Assembly (NCBI GenBank): GCA_965113315.1
Contig: OZ220365.1
Source: Podarcis vaucheri
Lineage: Eukaryota
Strand: one strand, 5' to 3'
DNA length: 64,000 nucleotides
In this document: one piece after another, positions 26,341 through 40,100 of the stretch
Numbering within the stretch: the first letter of the stretch is position 1
Layout: each line of letters opens with the position of its first letter
The notes under the pieces: generated by a model
Told to the model about the DNA's origin: nothing
The model's database searches: none
The model's input: the letters and a program-made list of their open reading frames with translations, nothing else
Made by a program: the position numbers and the translations under genes

Positions 26341-27289
26341 CACTGTCTCCTTCAAAAGAAACTGGTCCCACTCTCATCTCCCGGATCCAACCAGACAATC
26401 TGTTTGTTAGAATGTGATGAACAACAATGGACAAGGTCAAGCATACAGATGCTTGGCCAGATTTGCTTACAAACCTGGACCTCAGCAACTGAAAGTTGCC
26501 CCTACAAATTAGACTTTAAAAACCACAGAATTGTAACAACATAAAAAGTAAACTCAAGACCATCTCGGAGCAAAGTAAACAGGCAAGGCAACATACATGT
26601 CAACAGTTCATAGTCTCAACCACAGCTACAATTGTGATATTCTGTTACTATGTTATGTGAGCAAATTCAAAATTTTGCATTCCAGTTCTTACTTCCAGCA
26701 ATTGATTCCTATTAAGTGCTAATTACCATGAGAGTTAGCATAACTCTCGTCTAAATGTCTCATCATTATCCAAACTTCTGCAACGTTATTTCCAGCATAC
26801 TGTAGCATCGTTATTTCACTCATCCTCAAAAAACCATGAGAGAAGCCAGTACTGTACCCCAGATTCTCGGGAAATGGATTGAGAAATAAATAGACTTCCA
26901 ACTGGACCTGTCTTAAGACAATGTACCAGATGTAGTAAAGAAATAAACTAAATAGACTGACACAAAGACTTGGGGCAGAATGACAGAGATAGAGAAAGGT
27001 GATAGCGTCAGCCATCATTGCCTGCGGCATAACTTGTACCTTTTTCTAACTCTCTTTAATCTCTGGCCAAACCTATAAAACTACTCCAGAAGGAATTCAA
27101 AGGCGGTATACATATTTGTTGTGGGCTTCCATTGCCTTAGCTTCAGTGAGTCATGCAAGGAAACTAGAACAGTTTTGCAACATTTTTAGAAGATTTGTTT
27201 GTTAACGTAAAGTGAAAAAAGGCAATATATAATCATAAAGGTGCTGCTGATATATATCGGCAATTATTACAAAGATACTTGCTTCCCAC

Positions 27290-27378
27290 TGCGGGAGGCA
27301 CTGGAAGACAGGAGTGCCTAGCGTGCTCTGGTCCATGGGGTCACGAAGAGTCGGACACGACTATACGACTTAACAACA
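27290..27378 (+). mobile_element. Severely 5'-truncated RTE-BovB 3' end
   Basis: GTCCATGGGGTCACGAAGAGTCGGACACGACT (VHGVTKSRTRL) plus a (CAA)n tail; perfect 13-bp TSD ACTTGCTTCCCAC at 27277-27289 and 27379-27391. Confidence 0.9.
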
Positions 27379-27739
27379 ACTTGCTTCCCACAAGCAATTC
27401 CCTGCTTAAAAACCCTATTTACAAGAACAGAGACTGCTCCACATTAGGTGCTTTTCACTCACTTTTTACATGGCATCCACACAATGCCATCATGCAATCA
27501 TTGTCATCTTGGTTTTTTCCTTGTGGTTCTTTTAAAAAAAATTCCCCCTCGGGCGGCAGAAGTCTGACTTTGGTACTCTGGGGCAGGTACCATTTTAAGA
27601 CAACCCCCTTTTTAATCAAGTGATCTTTTAGTTATTGCTAAAATGCTTTTCCAGCTATTTACATTTTAATGAAAGGGAGGTATAGTGCTATAACACAACC
27701 ATGCTGGCTATAAGTCAAGACCATCTTGGCTGTGAGTCC

Positions 27740-28055
27740 TTGAAGAGCTGTTACCTGCCTGGCAGACCTTTTTCACCTGGCCTGGGGGGGGGTGTTTACA
27801 GAACAGACCCTTGGGCTGGGGTATTGTTTAGAGGGTTTCGCTGAGGGTGGGTTGTTGCTGTTATTGATATTAACTTTTTGTATCTTTATTTTATATCTTC
27901 TTATGATTTATGTGGAAATTGTTCCATTTGTTTACTTTTGATGTTTTATTGATGGTTTATGACTATTTTTGTTGTTTGTAATTATGTGGGGGTTTTTACA
28001 TGTCGTCAGCCTCTTTGAACACGGTTTTAACCATGGAAAGGTGGCATACAAATAT
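27740..28055 (+). mobile_element. Old L2-like 3' UTR
   Basis: T-rich tract ending in CAGCCTCTTTGAAC...GAAAGGTGGCATACAAAT, an L2-type terminal motif. Confidence 0.5.
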
Positions 28056-30988
28056 ATGTTTGCATGCATGCTATAACATCATTTTTACAGAAAAATGTTT
28101 AATAGAAATCTTTTTAACCATCATTAACCATGCTGCTAAAATGGTGGTAACTGGAAACTTAATTTTCTTTTAAAATGAGCATTCTACCACTATAGCACCA
28201 TAATACAGAAAGTAACATTAAAGTATGGTGGTGTTGGTAGTGGCATAACTCGATTTCAGCAAAGTATTTTAGCAATGCTTAAGATGTGGTCACAAAATGT
28301 GGGTCATAAAAGAGCTATAGTCAAAGTGTACTGTCCAAAGTATATTGGACAGTGTTGTGAGCCACTCATCTGAAGCAGTCAGCGAATGTGCCTTCTCTTC
28401 AGCACTAAAGCTAAGCTTTCCTGGGGCTCTATGCTTTTTTTAAGGGGCAAAGAGGGTTTTCTTCTGAAGCAATTTACTCAGGTCTGAAGCAAGGCTCTTC
28501 TTTCTCCTTTATTATATAGAATCTGTACAGCTTTTCATAACCAGACATAGATTGAAGCTAGTGTTACTGTACAGTTAAGTGAGGAAATGAACTCATTTAT
28601 CCGCCAAAAATAAATTGTACACAAATTCCACAGACAAAACGGATATGATTCCTTTTACAGTGCGCCTTACTTGCAGTTTCATGTGCAACCACACTGGCAA
28701 CTACACCGCTAAGCATTTTTCCTAGCATCTCCATTTACAACGCTGAGGTATCACTGACAGCTGGCAGCTATGCTACTAAGTCTTCAACTTTTACTCTCAC
28801 TTACAACATACTTCAATAACAGGTTTCATCTGAAGATTTACACATTCCCTCATTATCTTTCTGCTTTCTAGATGATTTATGATTCTGTCAGAATGTAGCG
28901 GTTTTGTTACAGATCCCTAGGAACATATTATTTCCCTTCAAAGTTTTATTAGTCTCACTCAGTGTTCTTCTGCTTTTCATACCAGCAAAATCTATTTTAA
29001 ATTAAGCTAACAAGACAATGAGTTAAATGATTCTCATGCAGACAACTGTGCTCAATGTGCAGTTGTTTGAAAATCAACTCCCCAACCCAGGTCAGGGGTG
29101 GAGCTAAAAGCATGGTCCTACTTCAATCCATGCCCTACATGTGAGTGGTGCATCAGGCTGCCTGGTGTTATGGGAGAACATTTGAGCTAGGGAGGCTCCT
29201 CCCATCTACCTGAGCTTCAGGCTGTTGTGTAAGGCCCTCTGTTTGAAGATTTTTGGCTACTTAGTTGGACAGTACAGTAGAACCCTACTTGTTAACTTTG
29301 TATTATTGTTAATTTACTGGGTGACTTTGTAGTTGTTTTTATGTTGTATACTGCTGTCAGCATTGGAAAAGGCAGGTGATAGAAAGAAAGGAAGGTAAAT
29401 TGCTTGTTTGGAACTTGCATGGTACTTCAACATAAAATTAGTTTTAGTAAGATTAAAAAATTTAAGTTTATATCTGCTTTTTTCAGCAATCACGTCTGAT
29501 TATTTCCTATATGAATATGTTCTTTCTTCTTTCAAAGCACACAAATATGAAACTATAAAGGCCCCTTTGTCTTTACTTGAGAATAAAAAAGGCTCAAAAG
29601 CCTAACTTACTTCATGCATGAATTTCACTCAGATTGAATAATGAAAATAATTATCTGTTTCAGAACAGATTCAGTTTTTGGTTTTCACAAGTTACATGCC
29701 TGCTGGGTCTGGGTTACAGGCACTGCATGGGGGAATAGTTAAAATCAAGCTATTCTTACAGCACATATCTTGCTACCTGACTGCCTTTCAGCACTTCAGA
29801 GGGAGCTAGAAAGTGGATTAAAAAGTCAGAGGCTTTATTGATCGAACTTATTAACATTTAAAAAAACAACCCTCCTATTTGTATTCTAGGATATCAATAT
29901 TATGGTTCTGACACATTACTGCTAACTCTGTTCCTTCTGCCTACGGATTTGCAAACTGTAAGTCCTTATTCTTATGACCACCTTTCATGCACTGAAAGTC
30001 TGCTAATGAAGAAAGTATCACTCCTCTTCTCATTATTCTTTCACTTATTTTGTTCTTATTTTATTTTATGAGGGGACAGCCAAACAGTTCTCCACCAAAA
30101 GAGAACAGAGCTGGGTTTGGAATTTGGTTGGTATTTGGGCAGAGTCATCCATCTAGTAATCTCCTTCTATGCTGGGCAGCCTATGAAGATGGTTCAAAAA
30201 CTGTGGTTAGTGCACAATGATGAAATGAACTTTAAGATTGGGAAAATTAGAAACTGAGAGAAACTGAAATCGATAGTCACCCATTCCCTACTTCTGTCCT
30301 AGCTGAACTATACTGGCTACGAATTTGAAGTCTAGGGCTCCTCAACACAGCATTTCAATGAGAATAAAACATATTCCAAAAGCTTTTTTAAAAATTCCTT
30401 GGTTATAAAAAAATATCAAAATATCTGGGAATATGGTTACCAGCAGACTTAGTCAAGTTCATTAAAAAACACACACACACAATAAGCTATACGCTAAAAC
30501 AAAATGTGATTTGGGGTTCTGGAGATCATTTCCCATATCATGGATGCACATATTGGCTGTTAGGTTGTTTTGCACAATGCTCTAGATGCTATGTTTAGGT
30601 AGAATAATGAAAATATTTTAAAACTTGAGATTATAATATTCTATATTATATTATATCAAAGTTTGTTATTCCCTATCTAATTTTTCATGAAGCTCTGTCT
30701 CTGTGTTCTGCTTTGACAGGGAAAGAGTGGTTCTTGGTGCATAATGCACTAAATCCTCTGACCACTGAGAAGCTCCCCCTGTCCCCACCCAATCCCCAGA
30801 TAGGCTGCTCTGATTTCCTATGGCTGCTATTTACATTTTTTAACATATGCACATTAACTGTATCCATACAATTAACATTACGTCTAGTTTGTACACGGTA
30901 CTTAGCCAGAGGTATCAATGGTCTAACTCGGTACAAGGCAACTTCTTAGGTTCTTCTGAAGTTGTGATCCTGTATTGATGCACGGATT

Positions 30989-30990
<2 letters not shown>

Positions 30991-31020
<30 letters not shown>
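30991..31020 (+). repeat. (AC)15 microsatellite
   Basis: Read directly from the sequence. Confidence 0.97.
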
Positions 31021-31021
<1 letters not shown>

Positions 31022-32671
31022 ACTTTAATTGTAATCACTTCTGGTAGAACTGCAATTCCCAGGGAGGAGGGAATTACTACAGTTTAAATCTGTAAGATAA
31101 TTATGGTCTGTGGGTTTAAACTATAGTGCTATTTTTAATAAAAGAAACAGGTCAACTGAAAAACAATATTTTATGTGTTACTTTAAATACACAATGATTC
31201 AGTTAATTACTAGTAACATCTGCTAAATGTTATGTGATTAAGATGGCGTTGACCTTAAATTATTAAATTGCTGCATAGTTCTTTTTTAAAAAGTCACTCT
31301 CTTTATATGGCTAAAACTGGACCATATCTTATTACTATCTAAGAGTAGAAATCTGTGTAACTTGGAAAGCTTTCTGTTTTCACACAGAGATGCCAATCCA
31401 ATATCACAGTTTCTGTCCTATTACGGGGGGGGGGGGAGTTTACCACATATTACTCAGGGAAACAAACATAGCACTTCACAAAGGCTCGTTCTTAATACAC
31501 TGGGGTATTTGTCACTAAAATATTTATAGAATATTTTAGTAAAAGACAACAACTCTAATCTGAAGATGTAGCCCTAATTCCAGATATGTTGTGTGCATTC
31601 ACTGTTTCCTGTACAGTATGCACATTTTATGTTCATCCTGGATACAAATGAATCTCATGAACATAAAAGTTATGTCATCCCAAATCCTGCTGGATTAATT
31701 TTCATTTTACTTATTTAATATCTCTTAAGTGTGCTAACTATTTAATTCAGGTTAAAATCTTGAAACCACTTAAGATTAATAGTACTGCAATCCATGATAA
31801 CAGCTTAAAAACTGTTGTTTTATGTGCAATTTGTCATGGCTAGAACATGTGACCTTTTTAATAATACTTTCGTTCCTTGCTCCTGAATGGGTCAGAGAGA
31901 AAACTGGGAGAGACCTGGCACACAAATCCTCACTGAATAGTAACTGTTGAATTACTGGACCAGTTTTAGGAAAAAAATAAGGATGAAATCTGCATTTATG
32001 TGCAAGTTATTCAGCTTCTGACAGGCATTCCTTCAATTTGGTTGCTCTTTTGAAGGATCAGTCACACTGCAATATACCGAAGACACACCATAAATAAAAG
32101 TGACGTTATGAAAACACAGTTTGAAGAAACTTTTTAATTACTCCCCTGGGCACCATGAGTTGTGTTTAACATGCTGAAAATAAAAACAGCAGTAAACAAA
32201 AGTGATTCTGAGGAAGAGCAGAACGTGAAAAAGCCGAGTTATTTTGACTTACTTTTATTTCAGAAAGAAGTTTCCATTGCTTCTGTTGTTCTGTTATTGG
32301 CTGACAGGGTCACGGGACCTTGTGAACTAAAATAGAAAAGCCTCAGCAGAGGGAGACTGAAGCAGCAGAATGCCGAGGAGAGAAATGAACTTTAAAACAT
32401 ATAATACACATGAGCTATATTGGCCTGTAAAGTTTGTAGAGAAAAGTTCAGTTTTCTTCCACTGAAGTAAGGGCATCCAGTGTTAAAACCTCTCAACCAT
32501 CAACCTTGGGCAATTTGTTTTTTAAAGTCCTGTTAAATTTGAGTTGAGGTTTTTTGCCCCTCTCCTCTGCACATTGTTGTTTGTGTATTAGGAATATTTA
32601 CAAGGCCTATTGAGCCAAATTGGGGCTCCAAAACAAGAATAGCCTAGAAGCAAATCATTTCAGAATTATGT

Positions 32672-32707
32672 AGAGTCGGACATGACTAAACAACTAAACA
32701 ACAACAA
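32672..32707 (+). mobile_element. Extreme 3' tip of RTE-BovB
   Basis: AGAGTCGGACATGACTAAACAACTAAACAACAACAA matches the end of the 27290 copy. Confidence 0.75.
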
Positions 32708-34469
32708 ATGCTTCACCGTTTCCAAGAGTACCTGTTGCAGTCCCACTTGCAGTGACCCCTTTCCCAGGAGCTAGTCCTAGTCTAGGAAGGTGAACAAATG
32801 AGACGAGAACAATGTTCTGGGATTTGAAATTGGGCACAATTCCAGATATTCCAGATATATGTAGGATTTGGTTTAGGCATTGGATATGTATCCCTCCCAG
32901 CATCCTGGTGGAAAGCTGAGGCATGAAAGGTTGATCATGGGATTAATGGGTCCATCACAAGAAGCAGGTCTACATGGATGGCCCTCCCACACTGCTGAAG
33001 GAAGAATTCCACCCCAGTGCCTACGTCAGCTAAAGTTGTGACCATTGCTATGTGGAGGGCAAAGCCTGCAAACGGGGTGTATCTATTTGCAGGCAAATTC
33101 CTTCCCAGCTCTGGATACGGCAACCATTAAAGAACCAGAGCAAGGCTGTCAATCACATAACCTAGAGGAAGAAACATTAATATACAACAGGCCCAAAGCA
33201 TGAAAGGGAGGGAGGGATGGGGAGATGTGCTCTTCGGCTGACCGCAGTCCCAAAGTCAGGGCAGCCAGTCTTTTAAATCCAGAGGACGTACTGTAGTGAA
33301 GCCTGCTCCACTCTGGTTCGCTCCTGAGCCCTGCCCCACCATGGACTGGCATGATTGGCTGGAATTCAAAACTGGGACTGGCAGGAACTCCCGCCCTACT
33401 CCGTGGCCAGCAAGGGGATTTCCCAACTGCTGGTCGTCCAGCCCAGCATTGCTCCCAGGGGTCAGGTCGCAACAGGCCACAACCGCCACCTATCCTAGGA
33501 CTGGATAAGCGGCCATTACTAAAACTTTGCTTTGACAATTTTATGTCAATCATTAGGTCCTTCATTGAAAAAAAATATTTATTTCTTAGTTAAAAGCTTT
33601 CATGGCTCAGTCAATGGGGTTTTTTTTACTAAATGACAAGACAGCTGTATCTTTGTCTATTCTTTTAATAGTTAATTGTTTTATATTGAGATCATTTACA
33701 AAGCTATTGCACATGCCTGTCTTGCCTTTGCCTTATTTAATTCAAAGGATTGCTGCAGATTAAAACATGAGAACAGACATGAGGTAAAACTGAAAGGATC
33801 CCAACCTACACATTACTCTGACATTCAATCAAGTTAAATTCAGGTAGCTACCAAGTTAGAGACACCATTAATTTCAAGGTTATTTCTGAATCATAGAACT
33901 CAGAAAAATCATCTTCTTCCCAGTGAACTTTTGGAGATTCTGCAAAATATATTAACATCATGAAGGTAGATTAATGCACTTTTCTCAATAAAAGGTTTGG
34001 GCATCCTAATTTATATTTTACCCCAGTGATTATTCAAGTTTCTTGCTGAACAAACCTGCTGCATCCTCACATTTATGAAACATAATTAAAGGGGTTTTTT
34101 TAATGTCCTTTGATACAAGTCAAATGGCAAGCTAACACCATAACAGAAGTTTTTGGAAGGATGTTCATAATCTCAACCTGTATCACATTGAGCTTATTTT
34201 TGTGATCCATAGATCCTGTAAAAATGGTGTGCCCAGTACCATCAATAATTGCCTTCACTCTCTTAAATGCAGTCCAAAACATACTTATTAGTAAGTCCCA
34301 TTGGACATAGTGCAAAGGAGTTTCAGGAGTTTCAGTTTCAGGAGGATAGCAGAGGGAAGGAGGTGCTCTTGTGAAATGGAGCTTTCCATTTGATTTCATA
34401 ACCGATGGACAGAATTAAAATATGCAAAATTACTCCAGGTGCCTTTACCACTCAGGCACTATGTTGCAT

Positions 34470-34709
34470 GAAGAAGAAGAAGAAGAGTTTGGATTTGATA
34501 TCCCGCCTTTCACTCCCCTTCAGGAGTCTCAAAGCGGCTAACATTCTCCTTTCCCTTCCTCCCCCACAACAAACACTCTGTGAGCTGAGTGGGGCTGAGA
34601 GACTTCACAGAAGTGTGACTGGCCCAAGGTCACCCAGCAGCTGCATGTGGAGGAGCGGAGACACGAACCCGGTTTCCCAGATTACGTGACTACCGCTCTT
34701 AACCACTAC
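34470..34709 (-). mobile_element. Squam3-like SINE lacking the first ~13 nt
   Basis: Reverse complement of the 5190 element with a (GAA)n tail. Confidence 0.88.
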
Positions 34710-35469
34710 TGAATTCAAGCCAGATTATTATGTTACTGCAGTAACATGAGGGCTGCATTAACATAGTCCAGTCCCATGCCACTCTCAGAGAATTATCATT
34801 TCACACATACCTCACGACATTAAAAAGGTTGTGTGAACTGGCCTTAGTGTTATTCTCACTGAAGCATCTATTTGGCCCCATTTTCTGCTTGTACCAGCCA
34901 AAAATGCTTTGGCATTTCCTCCTTGTGATATGCAATGTTACTTGTCTGCCAAGGAACCATTCACAATAGGATCTTGTCACACTTAAGCTAGATAACTGGC
35001 AACACTCAATTCAAAGGGAAGCTTTCTTCAATTTCATTAAAGACATTACTTTTATTTTCATTTAGGATGAGAATAGGGAATTCTAAATCTATCCCCAAAC
35101 AGTAGAACAAGATTGACTAGCTGCTCCATGTTCAATTACCACACATACATATTGAAACATATCAGCTCCCTTTAGTGATAGGATATAATTATTTCCACAT
35201 TGTTGTGAATAGCAAATCCCTATTACTGAGTATTTTTGTTTAAAAGGCAGTAAAATCTCTTGGTAACACAACAAATTTTCTGCTGATCATTCTTTATTTT
35301 TTACTATGACAGTAGCCAAGAGCAATATCCTCAACCTATTAGATACTATCAATAGCAATGGATTCAAAGACAAGTGTGTTGTGAAACAGAATGGGCATTA
35401 AATACAGATCTGGAGCGTTATCTAGTTTAATTTTGCATATTAGTTATCTGAACATTGATCTACACTATA

Positions 35470-35720
35470 CAGTCATACCTCGGAAGTTGAACGGAATTTG
35501 TTCCAGAAGTCAGTTCGACTTCCAAAACATTCAGAAACCAAGGCGCGGCTTCCGATTGGTTTTTGATTGCGCAGACACGACAGAAACAATAGCGAAAGCT
35601 GTGCCAGATGTTTGGCTTCCAAAAAATTGTTCGAAAACCAGAACACACACTCCCGGTTTTTTATCATTTGGGAGCCGGAACATTTGATTCTCAAGGCGTT
35701 AAGGAGCCGAGGTACGACTG
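35470..35720. mobile_element. pogo/Tigger-type MITE
   Basis: TA|CAGTCATACCTCGG ... CCGAGGTACGACTG|TA. Confidence 0.85.
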
Positions 35721-36950
35721 TAGATACAATGGGCACAATTCAGCCAAAGTTTAAGAATGTAGGGCTACTCTGAATATTCACAAGTAGTGGATATGCAATG
35801 GTGGGGGTGGGGTAGGTTGGGAGAATTACCCTTGTCTGTAGCCTCCCTCCAGGATATTTCAGAATCAGAGGGTGCTGGCCAGCTGACCCTCTGGTCAGGT
35901 GGTGGTGTTGCTAAATGTGAGGTCTGCCAAGAAGAAAACATCCACCATTCATTTGACAGTGGCTGGGGGGTGGGCAATTTGGCACGTACAACTGAAACAT
36001 GGGTAGATGGCCTGAGCAAAGCCAGCTGTGTCCACTTGGGTACTTGATGCAGCACTAGCCAAGTTCAGAGGGACAGAGTGAGTGGGTGGTTGTCATCCGT
36101 AAAGAAATCATACTGAGACTGGGTTTGAGGGATTTTTGTGGTATTGGGCCAAAGAGACAGAACAGGGATGCTATTAGTGTACAATTACCTTATTGTGATA
36201 CAGTCTCTCTAACCAAGCTGGTGCAATTAGTCTCAAATGTAGTTTTAGAGAACCCCATCGCCACAAGCTATGTCAGCCTCTTTAATAAACTGTTTCATTG
36301 CTATGCAGGATGGAGGATGTGATCACGGTTCCTCATTCTCACCTTTACTTTATTATGATTTCCCACACTTTCTATTTTTGTTGCAAATGTATGTTTTAAA
36401 AGGATATTAAAAGCCATACGGGATCAGACCAAAAGCTTATCTAACCCACCATCTTGTTATTCAAATGGCGTACCAAGGCATGAAGAAGAGCTCCATTTTG
36501 GCTGAGCAGTGGCAGGCCAGAATAATAGTCTTATTAGATGTAAATCAATACTTGTCCGAGAGAAGACTTATTTATATTTGCCCCTGTAAGAATAGGTCAT
36601 AATTATTTTACTTGCAAATTGTGAGCTTTGTTGAATGATAGCTTGATTCTATATGCAGTCACGGAGAAATTCTTAGGTAAGATTTCACCCTAATTTACCC
36701 AACTTATACATGTATAACATAGCACAAAAAAGAACATTTAATTAAGTATAAAGTACATCTGCAGCTCTCATAATTAAAGCTTTGCTAGGGCAAAACTCTC
36801 AAGAGAAAGCATGTACAACAAAATCTCCTTGATTTTATCTCTCCTCTGCTGGCAACAATAATCTTTCTGCAGTTAAATGCTTTTAAGTTGTGAAGCTTGA
36901 AAGACTGTATACACTAAGAGGTCTACTTGTTAACAGCAGTTTTCTATACA

Positions 36951-36974
36951 ACACACACACACACACACACACAC
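36951..36974 (+). repeat. (AC)12 microsatellite
   Basis: Read directly from the sequence. Confidence 0.95.
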
Positions 36975-39487
36975 CCAAAAAAACAAAACACTATTCAATT
37001 GCTTAATCCATGGCTATTTTTCCATGCAAAATTTCTTAGGATTGATGAGTCTGAAAAGTCACTATTTCAGTCTCATGCAATTTTCACAGGTGAGCTGGAC
37101 CTTTGAGTTAAATTCCACCCATAACAGTTTAATGGAATAATTTCTGAAGACAGTATAAGAAAGCTGCAGTAAAAAACCCAGCCTCCTGATGCACGCCCTT
37201 TTGAAATTCCACAGTGTTTTTTATTGCTTGTTATTTTATTTTCAATCGGGGCTGGGAAAGGCAACTTTTACTCTCAATCCTACCTTCTAGAGGTCCTTTC
37301 CCTAGAAATCTGCTCCCTCTTCCCATCTCTGTTTTTGCATGTGACTGTGCTTAGACATGTACTGTATTTTGGCTCTTCCCTAACTTAGCCTTTCACTAAG
37401 TTCATACCAGCTGTATGTTACTGAGGCCAAGTTTACAATGCGAGGCCAGAGAGCAAGATCAGACTAGAGTGCTGAGCATGTCTTTCCTCCAAAACTCCAT
37501 ACTATCTCCTCCTCTTCTTTGTTTGCTTCTTGAGTTTATGTTATATGTGTGCTAGTTTGGTCATGGTTAGAATTATTAACTAATTAACCGAAACGGAAGA
37601 AAAGTGTGTCTGTATGTGTGTGTGTATCTCATATTTTCCACATCGCCATGTTATAAGTGCATATTTTGCTGAGCTATTGCAGTATTACATGTGTATATTT
37701 TGATCATGAGTATATTCAGTAAAAAAAAACAAACAACATTTTAAGACATGCCATTTCCAAAAATCCACGAGACTAGAACATTTGTATGTGAAACACCAGT
37801 CTACCAAGGAGGCTTGCTGAGACATGTCCCCTGTCAACTTACTAGATAGCCATAGGTAGGGGACTGCCTCACAGCCTTAGCCACCACCCATTTGCATTAT
37901 GGAGATAGTGGTGGCCTGTTGTGCAACAGGGTTGCAAGCAATTGCTGAGATTATGGGAAGCACTTCCCATAATGTGCTTTAAGCACTCTCTGTATTATAA
38001 ATAAAAATAATAAATGAAGGGCTATATGAATACGATGTACTATCATCAGTATCACACAGGCTTAGTTCAATGGTGCTTTAAGTATGACAGAACACCATGG
38101 AAGCAGCTTTTATGTTGGTTACAGTGTTGCTTTTTAAAAGTTTGCAATCATGTAGGCAGAACCAATTACCTGCATATTTATTATGAAATCATCACTGCGA
38201 TGGAATCATGATTTTGTGGTAAGGATCACAAAAGGGTACCTAGAACTACACCTCTTTATGATCATAATAGTTTTTAGCATTCATATAGTGCTTTTTTAAA
38301 AATTCAGTGCTTCACACACATTATACTGGGCAACAGCTGAAACGGAAATGATATGGAATAATTTCTCTCTTGATTTAATCTCTCCAATAGTAAGTTCAAG
38401 ACCAAGTGTGGTCGTTGTCATCTGCATCTTTCTTTTTAAAAAATTTGGTGCATTCTCCCTCCGATATCAGTTACATTTGCAAAGATCATTCTGATGTATT
38501 TTATTATCGTGTGTGTTGCCTCTGGAGGGAGGTCATGGTGCAATACCAAAAAGAGAATTCCTTTTCAATGATGTTCCCCATACTCTAGAACTCCATCACT
38601 CTAGAACATCCACATGAGAGCTTGGAGGTCAGTTAAAAGTTGGCATCAATGATCTGAGAATGCCTGTGCAAAAAGATAGGTTATTGAAACAAGCCACCAT
38701 GTGGGCCTATCACATTGCACAGGGAAGTTCATTCCACAAAGTGCATGCGACCATGTTCTTGCTGGATGGATTTCTGCAGATCACAACACTGTCAGCAAAG
38801 CATCATCTGATGACTGTAGTGATCTCACAGGTCTATTTGGGAAGAGAAACATTTTCTTGGTTGTCTGCTTTTCAAATATGTAGTTTTAGGGATATGGACT
38901 GGGATGGTTTGTGGCAGCAACAGCATCTCTAGTGAAAGGAAGGGAACCAAGAGTTGGCCAAGGGAAAGAGGCAAACAAGGTAATAAATGAACTGGTTGTT
39001 GCCTTTGTACTTTCACATGACATTCCAGGCTCAACACTGCCAGAAAGATACTGATATGCTGGATGAAGTTCAAAAAACAACAACACAAAAACAACAAGTG
39101 AGTTGACCTATGGAATAAGAGTAAAAGGAGCCACAGAAGCACAGTCTGATTAAGAAGTGACTAATAGTCAACTCACAATCTACAAATCACAAAAACGAAG
39201 ATTGTTGCAAAGAATAAGATGAGTTAGTCAATGTTAAAATGAATCAGTCAATGTTATCTAGGAACAATAGTACGATAATGTACTGGGCATAAAGGAAAGT
39301 TTCCAGTTGCTTAAGACCTTTGATTAGGCAATGGACAAAAAAGTGTTGAATAGTTTGTTTAAATGTTAGGGTTCATTATTGTTATTGTTCATTATTGTGC
39401 GTACCACTTTAAAAGCCAGGAGGCATATCCTGACCTATTTTTTACAGCTGTGTAGCAGGTGCTGATAAGTCACTGTAATTAGCTGAT

Positions 39488-40100
39488 AAAGGTAAAGGGA
39501 CCCCTGACCATTAGGTCCAGTCCCGGACGACTCTGGGGTTGTGGTGCTCATCTCACTTTATTGGCCGAGGGAGCCAGCGTACAGCTTCCAGGTCATGTGG
39601 CCAACATGACTAAGCCGCTTCTGGCAAACCAGAGCAGCACACGGATGTTGAATGGTCTCTTTAAATTTGAAGGTTCATTATTGTTCCACAAGATGTGTAT
39701 TTCTTAAAGGGCCAGAGCAAATAACGTGACCTAGTTTTACAGCTGTGAAGCAGTATAGCAGGTGCTGTTAAGTTGTGGTGATTAAGCTGTTGGGTATAGT
39801 ATATAAAGAGCAGCACCTAGCTCTCTCAGTACCCTGTTGGATGGGTTGGTGGTTAGGTCATTAATATATTATAATTAATGTAAAATGAGTTTTTGTTTTG
39901 TTATTAAAACCTAGCAAAAGTTACTTCTGCATTCCTTGTAATTTGTGGTCTCCTCAGCATGGCTTCTGCAGCACAACTAATCAGCCAACAACGGAAACAC
40001 CGTTTACCTTCCCGCCAGAGCTGTACCTATTTATCTACTTGCACTTTGATGTGCTTTCAAGCTGCTAGGTTGGCAGGAGAAGGGACCAAGCAACAGGAGC
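39488..40100 (-). mobile_element. 5'-truncated Sauria SINE, interrupted by a solo LTR
   Basis: Matches 46225-46547 on both sides of the insertion. 25-bp flanking duplication GCTGATAAGT(CA/TG)CTGTAATTAGCTG at 39461-39485 and 40099-40123. Confidence 0.9.
39646..39990 (+). mobile_element. Solo LTR, 345 bp (inner layer)
   Basis: TGTTG...CAACA termini, perfect 5-bp TSD ACGGA (39641-39645 and 39991-39995), TATATAAA box near 39800 and ATTAAA near 39903. Confidence 0.9.

Noticed and set aside
29890-29957. Plus-strand 68-bp exon candidate (TTCTAG|GATATC...AACT|GTAAGT)
   Set aside because: The splice signals are fair, but the peptide is unrecognised, there are no partner exons, and such site pairs are expected by chance in 64 kb.
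35780-36335. Possible solo LTR (AATAAA near 36284, purine-rich body)
   Set aside because: I could not define TG...CA ends or a TSD.
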